The translations under genes and the position numbers were made by a program. From assembly GCA_905215575.1 (NCBI GenBank), contig CAJMQV010000003.1, forward strand, positions 11,965 to 75,964: a stretch of DNA of 64,000 nt. Reading direction: 5' to 3'. This document shows, one piece after another, positions 48,442 through 58,982 of this stretch. Source of the stretch: an uncultured bacterium (lineage in GTDB: Bacteria; Bacteroidota; Bacteroidia; Bacteroidales; Bacteroidaceae). The notes below the pieces were generated by a model. That model did no database searches. It saw nothing but the letters and a program-made list of their open reading frames with translations, and was not told the origin of the DNA. How positions within the stretch are numbered: the stretch's first letter is position 1; every line of letters starts with the position of its first letter.

Positions 48442-48933
48442 ATGAAAATGCGTAGATTTTTAAGTCTTGCTTTTGCAGCAATTTTAGGCATGTCTGCCTA
48501 TGCGCAGTTGCCTTCGGTTAAATTAAAGGATTTGCAGGGTAAAGTTGTAGACACATCTTTGTTAAAGAATGATGGAAAACCTTTTATCATTAGTTTCTTT
48601 GCTACTTGGTGCAAGCCTTGTAACCGTGAATTGAGTGCTATCAATGAACAGTATGTTGATTGGCAGGATGAAACAGGGGTTAAACTGGTTGCCGTATCTA
48701 TTGATCAGGCTCAGAATATTAATAAGGTGAAGCCTTTAGTTGATGGAGAGGGATGGCCTTATGAAGTCCTGTTGGATCCGAATAGCGAGTTTCGTCGTGC
48801 TATGGGAGTTCAGATGATTCCTCATGTATTCGTTATTGACGGAAACGGAAAGATTGCTTTCTCACACAGTGGCTATACAGATGGTGCTGAGGCTGAGTTG
48901 ATTGAGAAGGTACGTGAACTGATAAAGAAATAA
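48442..48933 (+). CDS. TlpA-family thiol-disulfide oxidoreductase
   Basis: signal peptide, FFATWCKPC, IPHVFVID. Confidence 0.92.
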   Translation: MKMRRFLSLAFAAILGMSAYAQLPSVKLKDLQGKVVDTSLLKNDGKPFIISFFATWCKPCNRELSAINEQYVDWQDETGVKLVAVSIDQAQNINKVKPLVDGEGWPYEVLLDPNSEFRRAMGVQMIPHVFVIDGNGKIAFSHSGYTDGAEAELIEKVRELIKK

Positions 48934-48953
48934 TTTCTAAAAAGATTTGGAGA

Positions 48954-50606
48954 ATGAGATTGTTGAATGCTACTGTGCTGCTCTTGCTTTTGGGAGGTGT
49001 ACAAACGCTTTCTGCTCAAGATGATCCTAAGGTGGTGCTTCATGGAAGTGTACAGAGTGATGTGCTTTTTCCAGAGAATGATTCACAAATCGGTACACAG
49101 ACTCATAACGAGTGGGGACTTACCAATACGTATGCCGATTTGAATCTGATGAGCAAATATGTAGACGCCGGTGCCCGCTTGGAGTTTATGCAATGGCCTT
49201 TGGATGGTTTTGAGCCGGATTTTAAAGGATGGGGTGTTCCTTACTTTTATGTGAAAGGCAAGTTTAAAGGAGGCGATGTAACTTTAGGCGATTTCTATGA
49301 TCAGTTCGGAAGTGGTTTTATCTTCCGTACCTATGAGGAGCGAAGTCTGGGTATTGATAATTCTTTGCGGGGTATCCGTTTGAACTATGGAGGTATCAAA
49401 GGAGTGCAGTTTAAACTTTTGGGAGGATTGCAACGTGGATACTGGTCTTGGAGCAAGGATTCCTATGTCGGAGGTACTGATTTGGAAATCAATATGGACC
49501 AATATTGTAAGGCTTTGCAGGAAAAGAATATCACTTGGATGCTTGGTGGATCATATGTCTTGAAATATGAGCATGATGAGGATATTGTTTTGCCTGGTAC
49601 GGTCTACCGTCTGTCACTTCCGCTCACAGTGCACGCACTTGATGTCCGTTCGCGTTTTCAGTTAGGTGATTATAGCCTTTTGGCTGAGTACGCTTGGAAA
49701 ACACAGGACCCCAGTCAGGACAACGGGTATATTTATCATCGCGGTAATGCCGTAATGCTTTCCGGATCTTATTCCAAAAGAGGTTTGAGTGTTTTGGCTC
49801 AGGCAAAGCGCAGTGATAACATGGCATTCCGCAGTCAGCGAACTAAGGAAGGAACTTCTCTGTTCATTAATAATATGCCGGCCTTTGCTTATCAGCATAC
49901 TTATGCGTTGCCGGCCCTCTATCCGTATGCCACACAGGCTGCCGGAGGAGAATGGGCTTTTCAGGGTGAAGTCAGCTATTTGTTTAAGCGCAAGACTGCA
50001 TTGGGCGGTAAATACGGAACAAAAATCAAAGTAAATTTCAGCCACGTACGTGGGTTGGACAAACAACCGGTTGCCCAGTACGAAGGATCTTATTATGGAA
50101 CAGACGGATATACGTCTAAATTCTTTAAGATGGGCGATAAGTACTATCAGGACATTAATGTTCAGTTGGAGAAAAAGGTTACGAAATCCTTCAAATTGAA
50201 CTTGATGTATATGAACCAGTACTATAATCAGGCTGTTATTGAAAAGCATGGTTCAGCCATCAGATCCAATATTGCCGTTGTCGAAGGAAAGTACCAGTTT
50301 AATAATAAACTGACTCTTCGCGGTGAATACCAGTATTTGGCTACGAAAGATGACGAAGGCGATTGGATGTATGGATTGCTGGAATTGTCTGTACAGCCTC
50401 ATTGGATGTTTACTGTCAGTGACATGTGGAATAATGGAGAGACCAACTTACATTATTATATGGGTTCTGTAACCTTTAACTACAATGCGCATCGCTTGAT
50501 GTTGGGCTATGGACGTACACGTGCCGGTTTCAACTGTTCCGGAGGTGTGTGTCGTTATGTACCGGCCAGCAGAGGAGTGCAGTTATCCTATAATTTCAAC
50601 TTTTAA
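48954..50606 (+). CDS. DUF6029-family outer-membrane beta-barrel
   Basis: GDFYDQFGSG..FRTYEERSLGIDNS; C-terminal GFNCSGGVCRYVP...F. Confidence 0.82.
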   Translation: MRLLNATVLLLLLGGVQTLSAQDDPKVVLHGSVQSDVLFPENDSQIGTQTHNEWGLTNTYADLNLMSKYVDAGARLEFMQWPLDGFEPDFKGWGVPYFYVKGKFKGGDVTLGDFYDQFGSGFIFRTYEERSLGIDNSLRGIRLNYGGIKGVQFKLLGGLQRGYWSWSKDSYVGGTDLEINMDQYCKALQEKNITWMLGGSYVLKYEHDEDIVLPGTVYRLSLPLTVHALDVRSRFQLGDYSLLAEYAWKTQDPSQDNGYIYHRGNAVMLSGSYSKRGLSVLAQAKRSDNMAFRSQRTKEGTSLFINNMPAFAYQHTYALPALYPYATQAAGGEWAFQGEVSYLFKRKTALGGKYGTKIKVNFSHVRGLDKQPVAQYEGSYYGTDGYTSKFFKMGDKYYQDINVQLEKKVTKSFKLNLMYMNQYYNQAVIEKHGSAIRSNIAVVEGKYQFNNKLTLRGEYQYLATKDDEGDWMYGLLELSVQPHWMFTVSDMWNNGETNLHYYMGSVTFNYNAHRLMLGYGRTRAGFNCSGGVCRYVPASRGVQLSYNFNF

Positions 50607-50609
50607 GAT

Positions 50610-51401
50610 ATGAGAACTCGGATATATTCTATAGCAGCCATCTTGTTGGCTGCATCTTCTGTCTTGTCATCCTGCGACGAAAAAGATTTTGACCAGCGCT
50701 ATGAGGAGATGACTGAGATTACTCCTCAGCGGAATGTTTTGCTCGAAGAGTTTACGGGGCAGATGTGTCCCAATTGCCCGAAGGCTCATCAGGCCGTTGC
50801 CGGATTCAAGCAACAGTATGGAGAGCATTTGATTGCTGTAAGTATCCATGCGGGCCATTTTGGCATTGATGGGTCAAAAGTGCCACAGTTGGCTTTGATG
50901 CGTCCTGAAGGAAATGTCTATGCAAATAAATGGGATATATCGGCTTATCCTTCTGCAATGATTAATCGGCGTCAGGGACCCTTAATGGTTGATGCTTGGG
51001 TAAATCCGTTGCGTATAGAGTTTCTGCGTACCACTCCTTTACAGATTGCGGCTAAGGCGCAGTACGACGAGGATAATGGAAAAGTTCAGATAACGGTAGA
51101 TATGGAATCTACTGTAAATCTTTCCGGTAAGCTGCAGGTTTGGGTTACTGAGAATAATATCGTGGCTCCGCAACAGGATGGTACAGTAATGTTACCTGAA
51201 TATACGCATAATCATGTTTTTCAGGCAAGTGTAAACGGAGTGTGGGGAGAAGATGTGCAATTGGCAACTTCTGAATCGCTTCGAAAGAAATATGAAATAA
51301 CCAAGGAAAGTTATTGGAAACGTGAGAATCTGGCGATTGTTGCATTTGTATATAATGAAACAGACGGAGTGATTCATGTCACGGAATGTCCGGTGAATTG
51401 A
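50610..51401 (+). CDS. Omp28-family lipoprotein
   Basis: lipobox LSSC; VLLEEFTGQMCPNCP; YTHNHVF. Confidence 0.87.
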   Translation: MRTRIYSIAAILLAASSVLSSCDEKDFDQRYEEMTEITPQRNVLLEEFTGQMCPNCPKAHQAVAGFKQQYGEHLIAVSIHAGHFGIDGSKVPQLALMRPEGNVYANKWDISAYPSAMINRRQGPLMVDAWVNPLRIEFLRTTPLQIAAKAQYDEDNGKVQITVDMESTVNLSGKLQVWVTENNIVAPQQDGTVMLPEYTHNHVFQASVNGVWGEDVQLATSESLRKKYEITKESYWKRENLAIVAFVYNETDGVIHVTECPVN

Positions 51402-51427
51402 TTATAAAACGAATAAATACTTTTGTT

Positions 51428-52153
51428 ATGAAAAAAATCTTTACTTCAATTTTATTTGCTTGTTGCAGCCTGATTTCCATGGCGCAACAACTGAGTTTTG
51501 TGGCTGACGGAAAAACTTTGGAGAATGGTTCCAAATATATTTCCGATAAAATGGAAATTACAGAAGTGGCGGGTTTAGGAGCCAGTTATAAACTTAATTC
51601 AGGTTTGCTTTTAAAAGCGGAAAAAGATGGTAATATTGTAGTTTCTTTGGAATCTAAGCAGGGAGATATTGAATTTTGTTCCTTGGATGGAAGCTGTATC
51701 AACGTAGCTCCAGGTGAAACCAGAGAAAAAAAAGGGGCTGTAAAGGCTTCGTCTGAGCAGGATTTGCAGATCCATTTTGGATTAGGTTTTAGTATGGGGG
51801 ATGCCCCGGTTGGAACTGCCGAAGTAGTAGTTTCCGCTTGGTATGAGGATGCTCCGAATGAGAAAATTTCTTTGAATATTGTAATGAGTAACGATCCGAC
51901 AGTTACAGCGATTGATGCGGTTGAGGCTGCTTCTGCACAGATTACTTTTGCTGACGGAATTTTGGCCTATCAGTTTGCTAAAGCTGGTCAGTACACCCTT
52001 TCCCTGTATACTTTGTCTGGTGAGAAAGTCATGCAGCAAACTATTGAAGGAGAGAGCGGAAAGCTTTCTTTGCCTTTGCATCAGGGTGTTTATGTATACA
52101 CTATTAACGAAGGTGCTGCTTGTCCGGCCAAAGGAAAGATTTTGGTGAAGTAA
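51428..52153 (+). CDS. small T9SS-type secreted protein
   Basis: MKKIFT signal peptide; C-terminal LYTLSG...GVYVY...KILVK. Confidence 0.78.
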   Translation: MKKIFTSILFACCSLISMAQQLSFVADGKTLENGSKYISDKMEITEVAGLGASYKLNSGLLLKAEKDGNIVVSLESKQGDIEFCSLDGSCINVAPGETREKKGAVKASSEQDLQIHFGLGFSMGDAPVGTAEVVVSAWYEDAPNEKISLNIVMSNDPTVTAIDAVEAASAQITFADGILAYQFAKAGQYTLSLYTLSGEKVMQQTIEGESGKLSLPLHQGVYVYTINEGAACPAKGKILVK

Positions 52154-52183
52154 TACTCAGATAAATATAAAAACAGAATCAAT

Positions 52184-53983
52184 ATGAAGAATATATTAAG
52201 AAAAGGTGTGCTGTTTTCAGCAGTACTGTTCTCTTCTGCTTTGGCTTTTTCTCAGGTCAAGTCAGTAGGTCTGCAACTGAAGGATTTAAAGGATACCGAT
52301 CTGCGTAAAAATACTTCAATGCCTTTGAAGCAGATTCCTGCCGCAGCGTATAAAAATGCGGTTTCGGTTCAGGCTCGGGTATCTTCTGTAGCCAAGGCCG
52401 CGGAAAAGCCGGGAACTTATTACGCTGTAAATAATGGTGTGTACCATCTGGTGCCTGATTTTCTGTTGGGTCAGGATAATAATGGAACAAACCAATTTGC
52501 CAATTGCGGTATATTAGGCTATATCGACCGTGATATGGTCTTCAAAAACCAAACTCCTTTGTGCGATCAGTTTGCCTGGAGTCTATTTGATCAGGAGGTA
52601 ACAGAGGATTCTATTGTTATTCATCCGTTCTTTGCATCCGATGGTCCGTCTATAGAAACACCAATACTTCGCTCAACATTAGCTGGAGTGGATTCTGTTT
52701 ATCAGATGGGTTCTTGTAAAGATGCCAGCGGAACATTGCGCAAAGGTATGATTGCTCTGAATGGTGGAGCTTTCGTATATAATGTCGATGTGGATGCGCA
52801 GCCATTTATGAATACTTTCTATGGTACCACCAGTGCTGATGATCCTTGGAATAATGTCCTTTTTGGAAATGACACTGAGTACAAGCCTTTGTATATGGAG
52901 TTTTTCGAAGAACCAGCCGGTGGTCCGGTCTTTTTGAACGCAACTCATTTCTATGTGGCTTCTCCTCTGACAGAAGACCTTAAAGGAAAGACTTTTACCG
53001 TAGCTTGGTGGGAGATGAATCTGGAAAAAGGTGAATGGGAAGTTCGTAAGGAAATTTCTGTAAAGGCTGACAGTTATGTGGAGTATCAGAACCTTGGAGT
53101 CCGCTTGTGGGAATTGATAGCTTTGGATGAGAAATTGGATGTCATGGTAAAAAACAGCTTTGCTGTTGTTATTAATGGCCCTCAGGATGGTTCAAAGTGG
53201 GCAATGATCCATCAGCTCGACCGTATGGATTTTCCGGATAAGGAACGTAATACAGCCTTCTTCATTCCAACAGTTGGTTCTAATGCCGGACAGCTTTGTC
53301 AGTATCAGATCGGTTATGTAGAAAACGGACAAGTAGTTACCGAATTTTACAATACGTCATTAGATATTCATCAGTATGTCCTGACTCCGTTCATCCTTTT
53401 GTGTAAGGATGATGCAAACATGACCATCTACGATGTGAATGACTTGGATCTGGATATCAACGGTGAGGAACGTAAGTTTATTTTGTCTGACTGGTATGGT
53501 GGTTCTAGCAGCGACGTTACGATTAAGGCAACTGTAGAACAGGATGACGAGAACTGGTTAACAGTAACTCAACCTGCAGCTTCACTGGATGGTTATACCT
53601 TTAATTTCACGGTTAAGGCTGAGAGTAAGGATTTCTTGGTTGAAGGACGCAAGGCTGTAGTTACTTTGACAGACAGCAAGGGCTTCTCACGTGATATCGT
53701 ATTCTATCAGGGTGATCGTAATGCAGCAGACAAACCGACATCTGTTGAGGGCATAGAGTCAGACCAGGCTTTGGCTGTAAGTTCTGATAGCAAATCCTTC
53801 CGTGTTACTTGTCCTGCCGGAAGCAAATCTTTGAAGGTGTTCAATGTAAGTGGATTGCAGATTGCTGAATATCCGGTTTCTGGTGATGGAGTGGTTGAAG
53901 TTTCCAAAGCTTCACTGTCAAAAGGAATCTACCTGTTCCAGGTTTCAGGAAAATCTACACAGACTATAAAGGTTCTTAATTGA
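52184..53983 (+). CDS. T9SS-type secreted protein with a BACON-like domain
   Basis: signal peptide; NWLTV...GRKAVVTL...YQ; C-terminal VFNVSG...KGIYLF. Confidence 0.78.
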   Translation: MKNILRKGVLFSAVLFSSALAFSQVKSVGLQLKDLKDTDLRKNTSMPLKQIPAAAYKNAVSVQARVSSVAKAAEKPGTYYAVNNGVYHLVPDFLLGQDNNGTNQFANCGILGYIDRDMVFKNQTPLCDQFAWSLFDQEVTEDSIVIHPFFASDGPSIETPILRSTLAGVDSVYQMGSCKDASGTLRKGMIALNGGAFVYNVDVDAQPFMNTFYGTTSADDPWNNVLFGNDTEYKPLYMEFFEEPAGGPVFLNATHFYVASPLTEDLKGKTFTVAWWEMNLEKGEWEVRKEISVKADSYVEYQNLGVRLWELIALDEKLDVMVKNSFAVVINGPQDGSKWAMIHQLDRMDFPDKERNTAFFIPTVGSNAGQLCQYQIGYVENGQVVTEFYNTSLDIHQYVLTPFILLCKDDANMTIYDVNDLDLDINGEERKFILSDWYGGSSSDVTIKATVEQDDENWLTVTQPAASLDGYTFNFTVKAESKDFLVEGRKAVVTLTDSKGFSRDIVFYQGDRNAADKPTSVEGIESDQALAVSSDSKSFRVTCPAGSKSLKVFNVSGLQIAEYPVSGDGVVEVSKASLSKGIYLFQVSGKSTQTIKVLN

Positions 53984-54004
53984 TAAAATCATATGATTTT
54001 TAGA

Positions 54005-54042
54005 AAAAGAGGGATGGGCCTCAAAGGTTCATCCCTCTTTTG
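54005..54042. terminator. bidirectional terminator
   Basis: AAAAGAGGGATG...CATCCCTCTTTT. Confidence 0.75.
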
Positions 54043-54113
54043 TGTTGAGGGTATACATAGTTTATGAAATTTACTTAGCGGGGGATAATCAAAAGTCCCA
54101 GTATGATATTGCT

Positions 54114-57100
54114 TTATTCTTTCATGTAGTTCCGAATTTCTGCGATGAAATCATTGCCATACATCTGATATTTCTTTTCACCCACACCTTTTACTTCCAT
54201 AAATTCTTCTCGAGTTGTAGGCTTGTCGGTAGCTAGTCGGACCATTACGTCATTTTGAAAGATCCAATATGCAGGAATGCTCTTTTCTTGTGCTATCCTC
54301 TGACGAAGGGCACGCAAACGGGTGAGCAGTTCCATGTCCGTAAGCGGAGTTCCTTCCTGATTGGTGGCAATCGGATATTTTTCCGTATTGATTTCCTGCA
54401 CGGAATAAGTTACCAGATTCATCCGGTTTTCCCGTTCTTGGGCAGGTTTCTCCTTTTTCTTGACGGGGAGCATCTCCGGTACCGTCGGCGTTTCTTCTTT
54501 TTTTGCAGTTTCCGGTTTGAAGTACGACGGTTTGTCCACAGAGTGGTCTTCCAGCCCGAATTCGTCTTTTCTCCATATCAAATAGTGGTCCCGGTTCAGC
54601 ATGCGGCCACAGCCGGTTCGGTCGCTCCTGTAGTTGGTGCATCCTAAGAAATATTCCTGTTTGCCGGGTTTCACAATCAGATAACCGTCCTCGCACCAGT
54701 CACATTTCTGAATGGACAGATCCCCGCCTTTCCGGTCATTGGTCATATATCCGCAGATTTCTTGGTCGTTGGTGCAGATCCACAGTTTCAGCCCATAGTT
54801 CTTGTTCCATTTGATCTGTAACGGGTAGCCGCAAATAGGGCATCGGTTTTCCGCCGTGAGCGGGGCGGCAGGATCTGCTTTCAGCATTCCTTTCAGCGTG
54901 ACGTTCGGGTAGCTCTCCGTGTCGTTCAGTAGTTCCCGGATAAAGGTGGAGGGGCGCTTCTCCGGTGTGACGAGGAATACCCGGTTTTTGGTCCGTGTCA
55001 GGGCCACATAGAACAGACGCCGTTCTTCGGCATAATTGTATGACTGATCGTTTGACACCACCAGATTCAATACCGGATCATCATCCACTTTTGACGGGAA
55101 TCCATAGACTCCGTCTTTGGCGTTGATGATAATGACATTGTCCGCGCTGAGTCCTTTGGAACTGTGTGCCGTAAGGAATTGAAGCTTGATTCTTGCGCCG
55201 AACAGTGATGAATAGATCCTTCCGCTTCTTTCGTCATAGACAAACTCTTTGGACAAGCACAGATGTTTGGCATCGAATCCGTATCTTCCGATAAGTAGGA
55301 TGGAAGCGGTATTACTTTTCTTTTCAAGGGCATTGTATTTCAGAATCTCTTCGATGGTCTGGTTTACGGCCAGTCCCAGTTGCAGATAGCGGTTGCCTTT
55401 CTCTGCCGGACAGAAACTGTCGTCATAAGTGCGGATGATGACCGGATTGGTGATTTTTTTCGGTGAAATCAGTTTCTTGCGGATTTGAGCGGTGTTCTTT
55501 TGGATGAACGTGCCCGCAATGTCGATCACTTCCTGCGCATTGCGATAAGTCTTGGTGATTTTCAGTTCCTGACCATAGCACAACTCTTCACAGAAACGTG
55601 TGAACAGAGGCAGTACCGAACCGCTGAAGGCATAAATGGATTGCCAGTCGTCTCCCACACCAATGATTTTCGCATCACACAGGTGGGAGAGTTCCCGGAT
55701 AAGATTATACCGCTGTCGGGAAATGTCCTGGTATTCATCGACAATGATATACTTGAAATCCAGCTTCTCTTTCTGGATCTGTTTTTTATGAATCAGTTCG
55801 GCCGATTCATTGATCATATCCTGAAAGTCGATGTAATGTCTTTCGCGCAGGGCTTTCTGATATTCCAAATAGCATACATGGCATATATCCAGAAACAGTT
55901 TGGTACGAACATTGCGCACCGCCGTCTTGAACTCATCAAACTTCTCGGCCTTATAGCCCTGTGTCTTGAAGTTTCCGATAAAGTTGCAGAGCAGCACACA
56001 CAGTTTGGTGATGTATTTGCTTTCCTCCGAATCCACCAGTTTGCGGTAAACCGCCTCTACCGGGCGCGGGCGCAATTCAAAGCCGTGTTGCAACAGCTGT
56101 TCCTCCAGATGCTCCAGAAAGTCACGCCGGTCGTTATAGGCGGAGAAGGTATAGATCAAATCAGTTCGGTGTTTGCGGTGCAGACGGATTTTGTCGTTGA
56201 CGCGAGTTTTGTAACGCTCCAATTCCTCTGAAGTGTAGCGGTTGTTCTGACCGTTTTCCGTAATGCCGAAATGCTCGATATAAGCCGTTTTATCTCCCTG
56301 TTTGATCCGGAAATCAGGGGTATAAGGTTTGTTGGCATCCAATATACGGTATTGGTACATAGGTTCATACTCATATTCAATGCCGTTCAGATACAGATAA
56401 TTGGCAATTCGTACTTCTTCAGTCGAACGTAAAGTTTCATTATTCAGGGTTTGCACCTTCAGACTTCTCCGGTCGATGATTTGCTGGGCATATTCATGCA
56501 GATTGCTTCGTAAAGTCGAGAAGTCGGCTTTGGAAACGAACTGGAAATATTCATTGATGTTGTCTCCTTCGTAGGGAGCAGAAAAATAGGAACCGAAGAA
56601 AAGAATCAGTTTCTGAACCAGTGAAGTGTTTTGTAGCACATGGCTTTTCAGGTACTCATTGATGATGTAAAACATGAAAGAGCCTTCTACAACCTTCTGT
56701 CCTTCGTTGTCTCCTTTTCTCAGGATGGCATAACCCACAGAATGAAAGGTGCTGATTGGGCAGTCTATTTTCAGATTGCCATTGATGCGCTCTTTCAGTT
56801 CGCCGACTGCTTTGTTGGTAAAGGAAATGACCAGAATCTGTTTTGGAGAAATTCCCCGTTTCTCTACCAGATACCTTACTTTGGCGGCCACTGTTGTTGT
56901 CTTTCCGGCACCGGCTCCGGCGATGACCAAGGTATGATCTTCTTCTGATAAGACAACCTCTCGCTGTTCGTCATCCAGCAGAATGTTCGGATCGCACTCT
57001 TTGAGAATTCCGTCCAGATAGTCCTTTTCTGATTCCAGATGGCGTTTGACGTAACTGTCATTATGCTTTCTGATGATGGCGGATTCCCGTTTCAAATCCC

Positions 57101-57407
57101 TGATGTCCTCATAGGTTTCCTGAAAAAAACGAATCTCCTGTTCCTGAAGCCGGTGTTGTTTGATAAAATCTTTTAGCATTCCGGAATCGGTCAAGATTCG
57201 GTAGAAATCAGCAAGTTCCTGATATTCGGTAATGAAAGTCCGGTAGTCACTTCGGGCTATAAAACAATCTTCCGACAAGATTTGTCGGAATTCCTGATTA
57301 AATTTTAGGGTCAATAAGTATTTCTCAGGCTGTTCCTCGGGCGTCTGTCGATTCGATGGTTCATTGCCTGCATGGATAATTCTTTTAAGGAAACTCAGTA
57401 AACCCAT
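54114..57407 (-). CDS. UvrD/helicase IV-like SF1 helicase with nuclease-like insert, topoisomerase-type Zn fingers and HRDC domain
   Basis: AGAGAGKT, VDEYQD, GDDWQSIY, EERRLFYVALTR; YTPDF...YIEHFG; CPICG and CDWC; IPAYWIF...GVGEKK. Confidence 0.9.
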   Translation of the reverse strand: MGLLSFLKRIIHAGNEPSNRQTPEEQPEKYLLTLKFNQEFRQILSEDCFIARSDYRTFITEYQELADFYRILTDSGMLKDFIKQHRLQEQEIRFFQETYEDIRDLKRESAIIRKHNDSYVKRHLESEKDYLDGILKECDPNILLDDEQREVVLSEEDHTLVIAGAGAGKTTTVAAKVRYLVEKRGISPKQILVISFTNKAVGELKERINGNLKIDCPISTFHSVGYAILRKGDNEGQKVVEGSFMFYIINEYLKSHVLQNTSLVQKLILFFGSYFSAPYEGDNINEYFQFVSKADFSTLRSNLHEYAQQIIDRRSLKVQTLNNETLRSTEEVRIANYLYLNGIEYEYEPMYQYRILDANKPYTPDFRIKQGDKTAYIEHFGITENGQNNRYTSEELERYKTRVNDKIRLHRKHRTDLIYTFSAYNDRRDFLEHLEEQLLQHGFELRPRPVEAVYRKLVDSEESKYITKLCVLLCNFIGNFKTQGYKAEKFDEFKTAVRNVRTKLFLDICHVCYLEYQKALRERHYIDFQDMINESAELIHKKQIQKEKLDFKYIIVDEYQDISRQRYNLIRELSHLCDAKIIGVGDDWQSIYAFSGSVLPLFTRFCEELCYGQELKITKTYRNAQEVIDIAGTFIQKNTAQIRKKLISPKKITNPVIIRTYDDSFCPAEKGNRYLQLGLAVNQTIEEILKYNALEKKSNTASILLIGRYGFDAKHLCLSKEFVYDERSGRIYSSLFGARIKLQFLTAHSSKGLSADNVIIINAKDGVYGFPSKVDDDPVLNLVVSNDQSYNYAEERRLFYVALTRTKNRVFLVTPEKRPSTFIRELLNDTESYPNVTLKGMLKADPAAPLTAENRCPICGYPLQIKWNKNYGLKLWICTNDQEICGYMTNDRKGGDLSIQKCDWCEDGYLIVKPGKQEYFLGCTNYRSDRTGCGRMLNRDHYLIWRKDEFGLEDHSVDKPSYFKPETAKKEETPTVPEMLPVKKKEKPAQERENRMNLVTYSVQEINTEKYPIATNQEGTPLTDMELLTRLRALRQRIAQEKSIPAYWIFQNDVMVRLATDKPTTREEFMEVKGVGEKKYQMYGNDFIAEIRNYMKE

Positions 57408-57739
57408 GTGTCTCGGGAATAGATGTTAACAGTTATAGCAAACCAGTCAGTCTTGGAATGCTCTTACAAAGCTAATATAAAAATGTTTTAAATAAGTGGA
57501 TTCCTGAAAAAATATATCAAAATACTTATGTGGTTTGAGTTTCCTTTTATTGTTGTTGTGCTGTAAGTAGCTATAAGCTCCAATTTACCTTCTGTCGTTC
57601 AGCTGAATCCTGTTTTCATTTGCACAAAATTTTGAATAGTATTCTAAAATTATTTTATTTCGTAAATTTTATTGTTGTTTTTTTTGTATTTAACTATTTC
57701 TTTCTACCTTTATAACGTGAAACCTTTAAAATTAAAAAC

Positions 57740-58014
57740 ATGAAAAGACCTTACCTTAAACTTAAAATCATCGATAAGCCATATTTCGATGCTGTCACTA
57801 ACTCTTCTACTAGTTCTACTATCTGGATGTTCCAGTGATAAGGACGACTTCTGCGTTGATATGAATGATCGAACTCAAATTCTAGACACATATATTCATT
57901 TGTGACTAGGATGGGGGAAGCTGTAATGGATATTATTCAGGCTCTGTGTTTGAAGACTCAATTTATAATTTCAAACCAGGCAATTATTTCACAATTAAAA
58001 GAGAATGGCAATGA
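57740..58014 (+). pseudogene. heavily deleted lipoprotein, probably a C10 (streptopain-like) peptidase remnant
   Basis: lipobox LLSGC-SSDKDD, then H/CD*/GGSCNGYY resembling the C10 HxxWGWGG..NGY motif; its stop overlaps the next ATG. Confidence 0.55.
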
Positions 58015-58856
58015 AAATAAAAAGTTTTATTCTACTTATACTAGCTTTTATTCCACTTTCAATGAATAGTCAAAATCAGTTTACAGATGGAATGAAATGG
58101 CGTACTCAGATATATGGAACTCATGAACATGAAGTGGTTAAATCAATAGAAGTTGTAACCATTGAAAAGACTCCGGATGAGAACTGCTTTAATATGTATC
58201 GTTTTTATGAAGATAACACATCTGATAAGGAACTTATAGCCGTTATCAAAACAGAGGATTCCAAAGTTTATTTTAACCCTAACGGATTCAAATCTTCCGA
58301 ATGGTATCTTTTATATGATTTCAGCCTTAAGCCTGGCGAAGGGTGCTTCATATATAACCCATTAACATTTTCTGAAGATTCAGAACCATATAAAACCTAT
58401 GTCAAGTGCATCGGTATAGATGAAAAATTTAATAAGGACTGGAGCGTGTTGCGACTCGAAGAATACACAGACGATTCCTGTTTAAATCTTATAGGCAATG
58501 GATCTTGGATAAGAGGTTTGTCATCTTTAAACGGAATCTTATATAACAACCGATTTGAAGTTGATGGATTCAGTTCACTTCTATTAGAAGTTTCTGACAA
58601 TGAGAGGATTCTTTATTCTGATATACCATCAGGAGTTTTAGAAATAACCGACACCTCTATTCCTAATATCAAGGTTGATGGCTTAGATATATATATTTCA
58701 GTCAATGATGATATTTGTGGTTCTATATATTCTCAAGCTGGAGTGCATATAGGAGATTACAAATTCAGCAAAACACCAACACATATAAAATTATCTAACA
58801 GGGGAGTCTATATTTTAAAGCTTGAAAATACCTTTAAAAAAATATTAGTTCCTTAA
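58005..58856 (+). CDS. secreted hypothetical protein with T9SS-like C-terminus
   Basis: signal peptide; YLLYDFSL.PG, WIRG; GVYILK. Confidence 0.75.
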   Translation: MAMKIKSFILLILAFIPLSMNSQNQFTDGMKWRTQIYGTHEHEVVKSIEVVTIEKTPDENCFNMYRFYEDNTSDKELIAVIKTEDSKVYFNPNGFKSSEWYLLYDFSLKPGEGCFIYNPLTFSEDSEPYKTYVKCIGIDEKFNKDWSVLRLEEYTDDSCLNLIGNGSWIRGLSSLNGILYNNRFEVDGFSSLLLEVSDNERILYSDIPSGVLEITDTSIPNIKVDGLDIYISVNDDICGSIYSQAGVHIGDYKFSKTPTHIKLSNRGVYILKLENTFKKILVP

Positions 58857-58982
58857 CGGCCTTTTATGAAACAATATCCGGGAAGCCATCTGTAGAAGAC
58901 TTCCCGGCATTATTTTAATTCCATATCCCATTCCTTTGCATTGTTTGTATTATTTTGTTGGACCATTATGCTAAAGTCTGTA

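Noticed and set aside
51524..51537. AATGGTTCCAAATA matching the left half of palindrome 1
   Set aside because: It has no GGAACC arm and lies inside a CDS, so it is likely chance.
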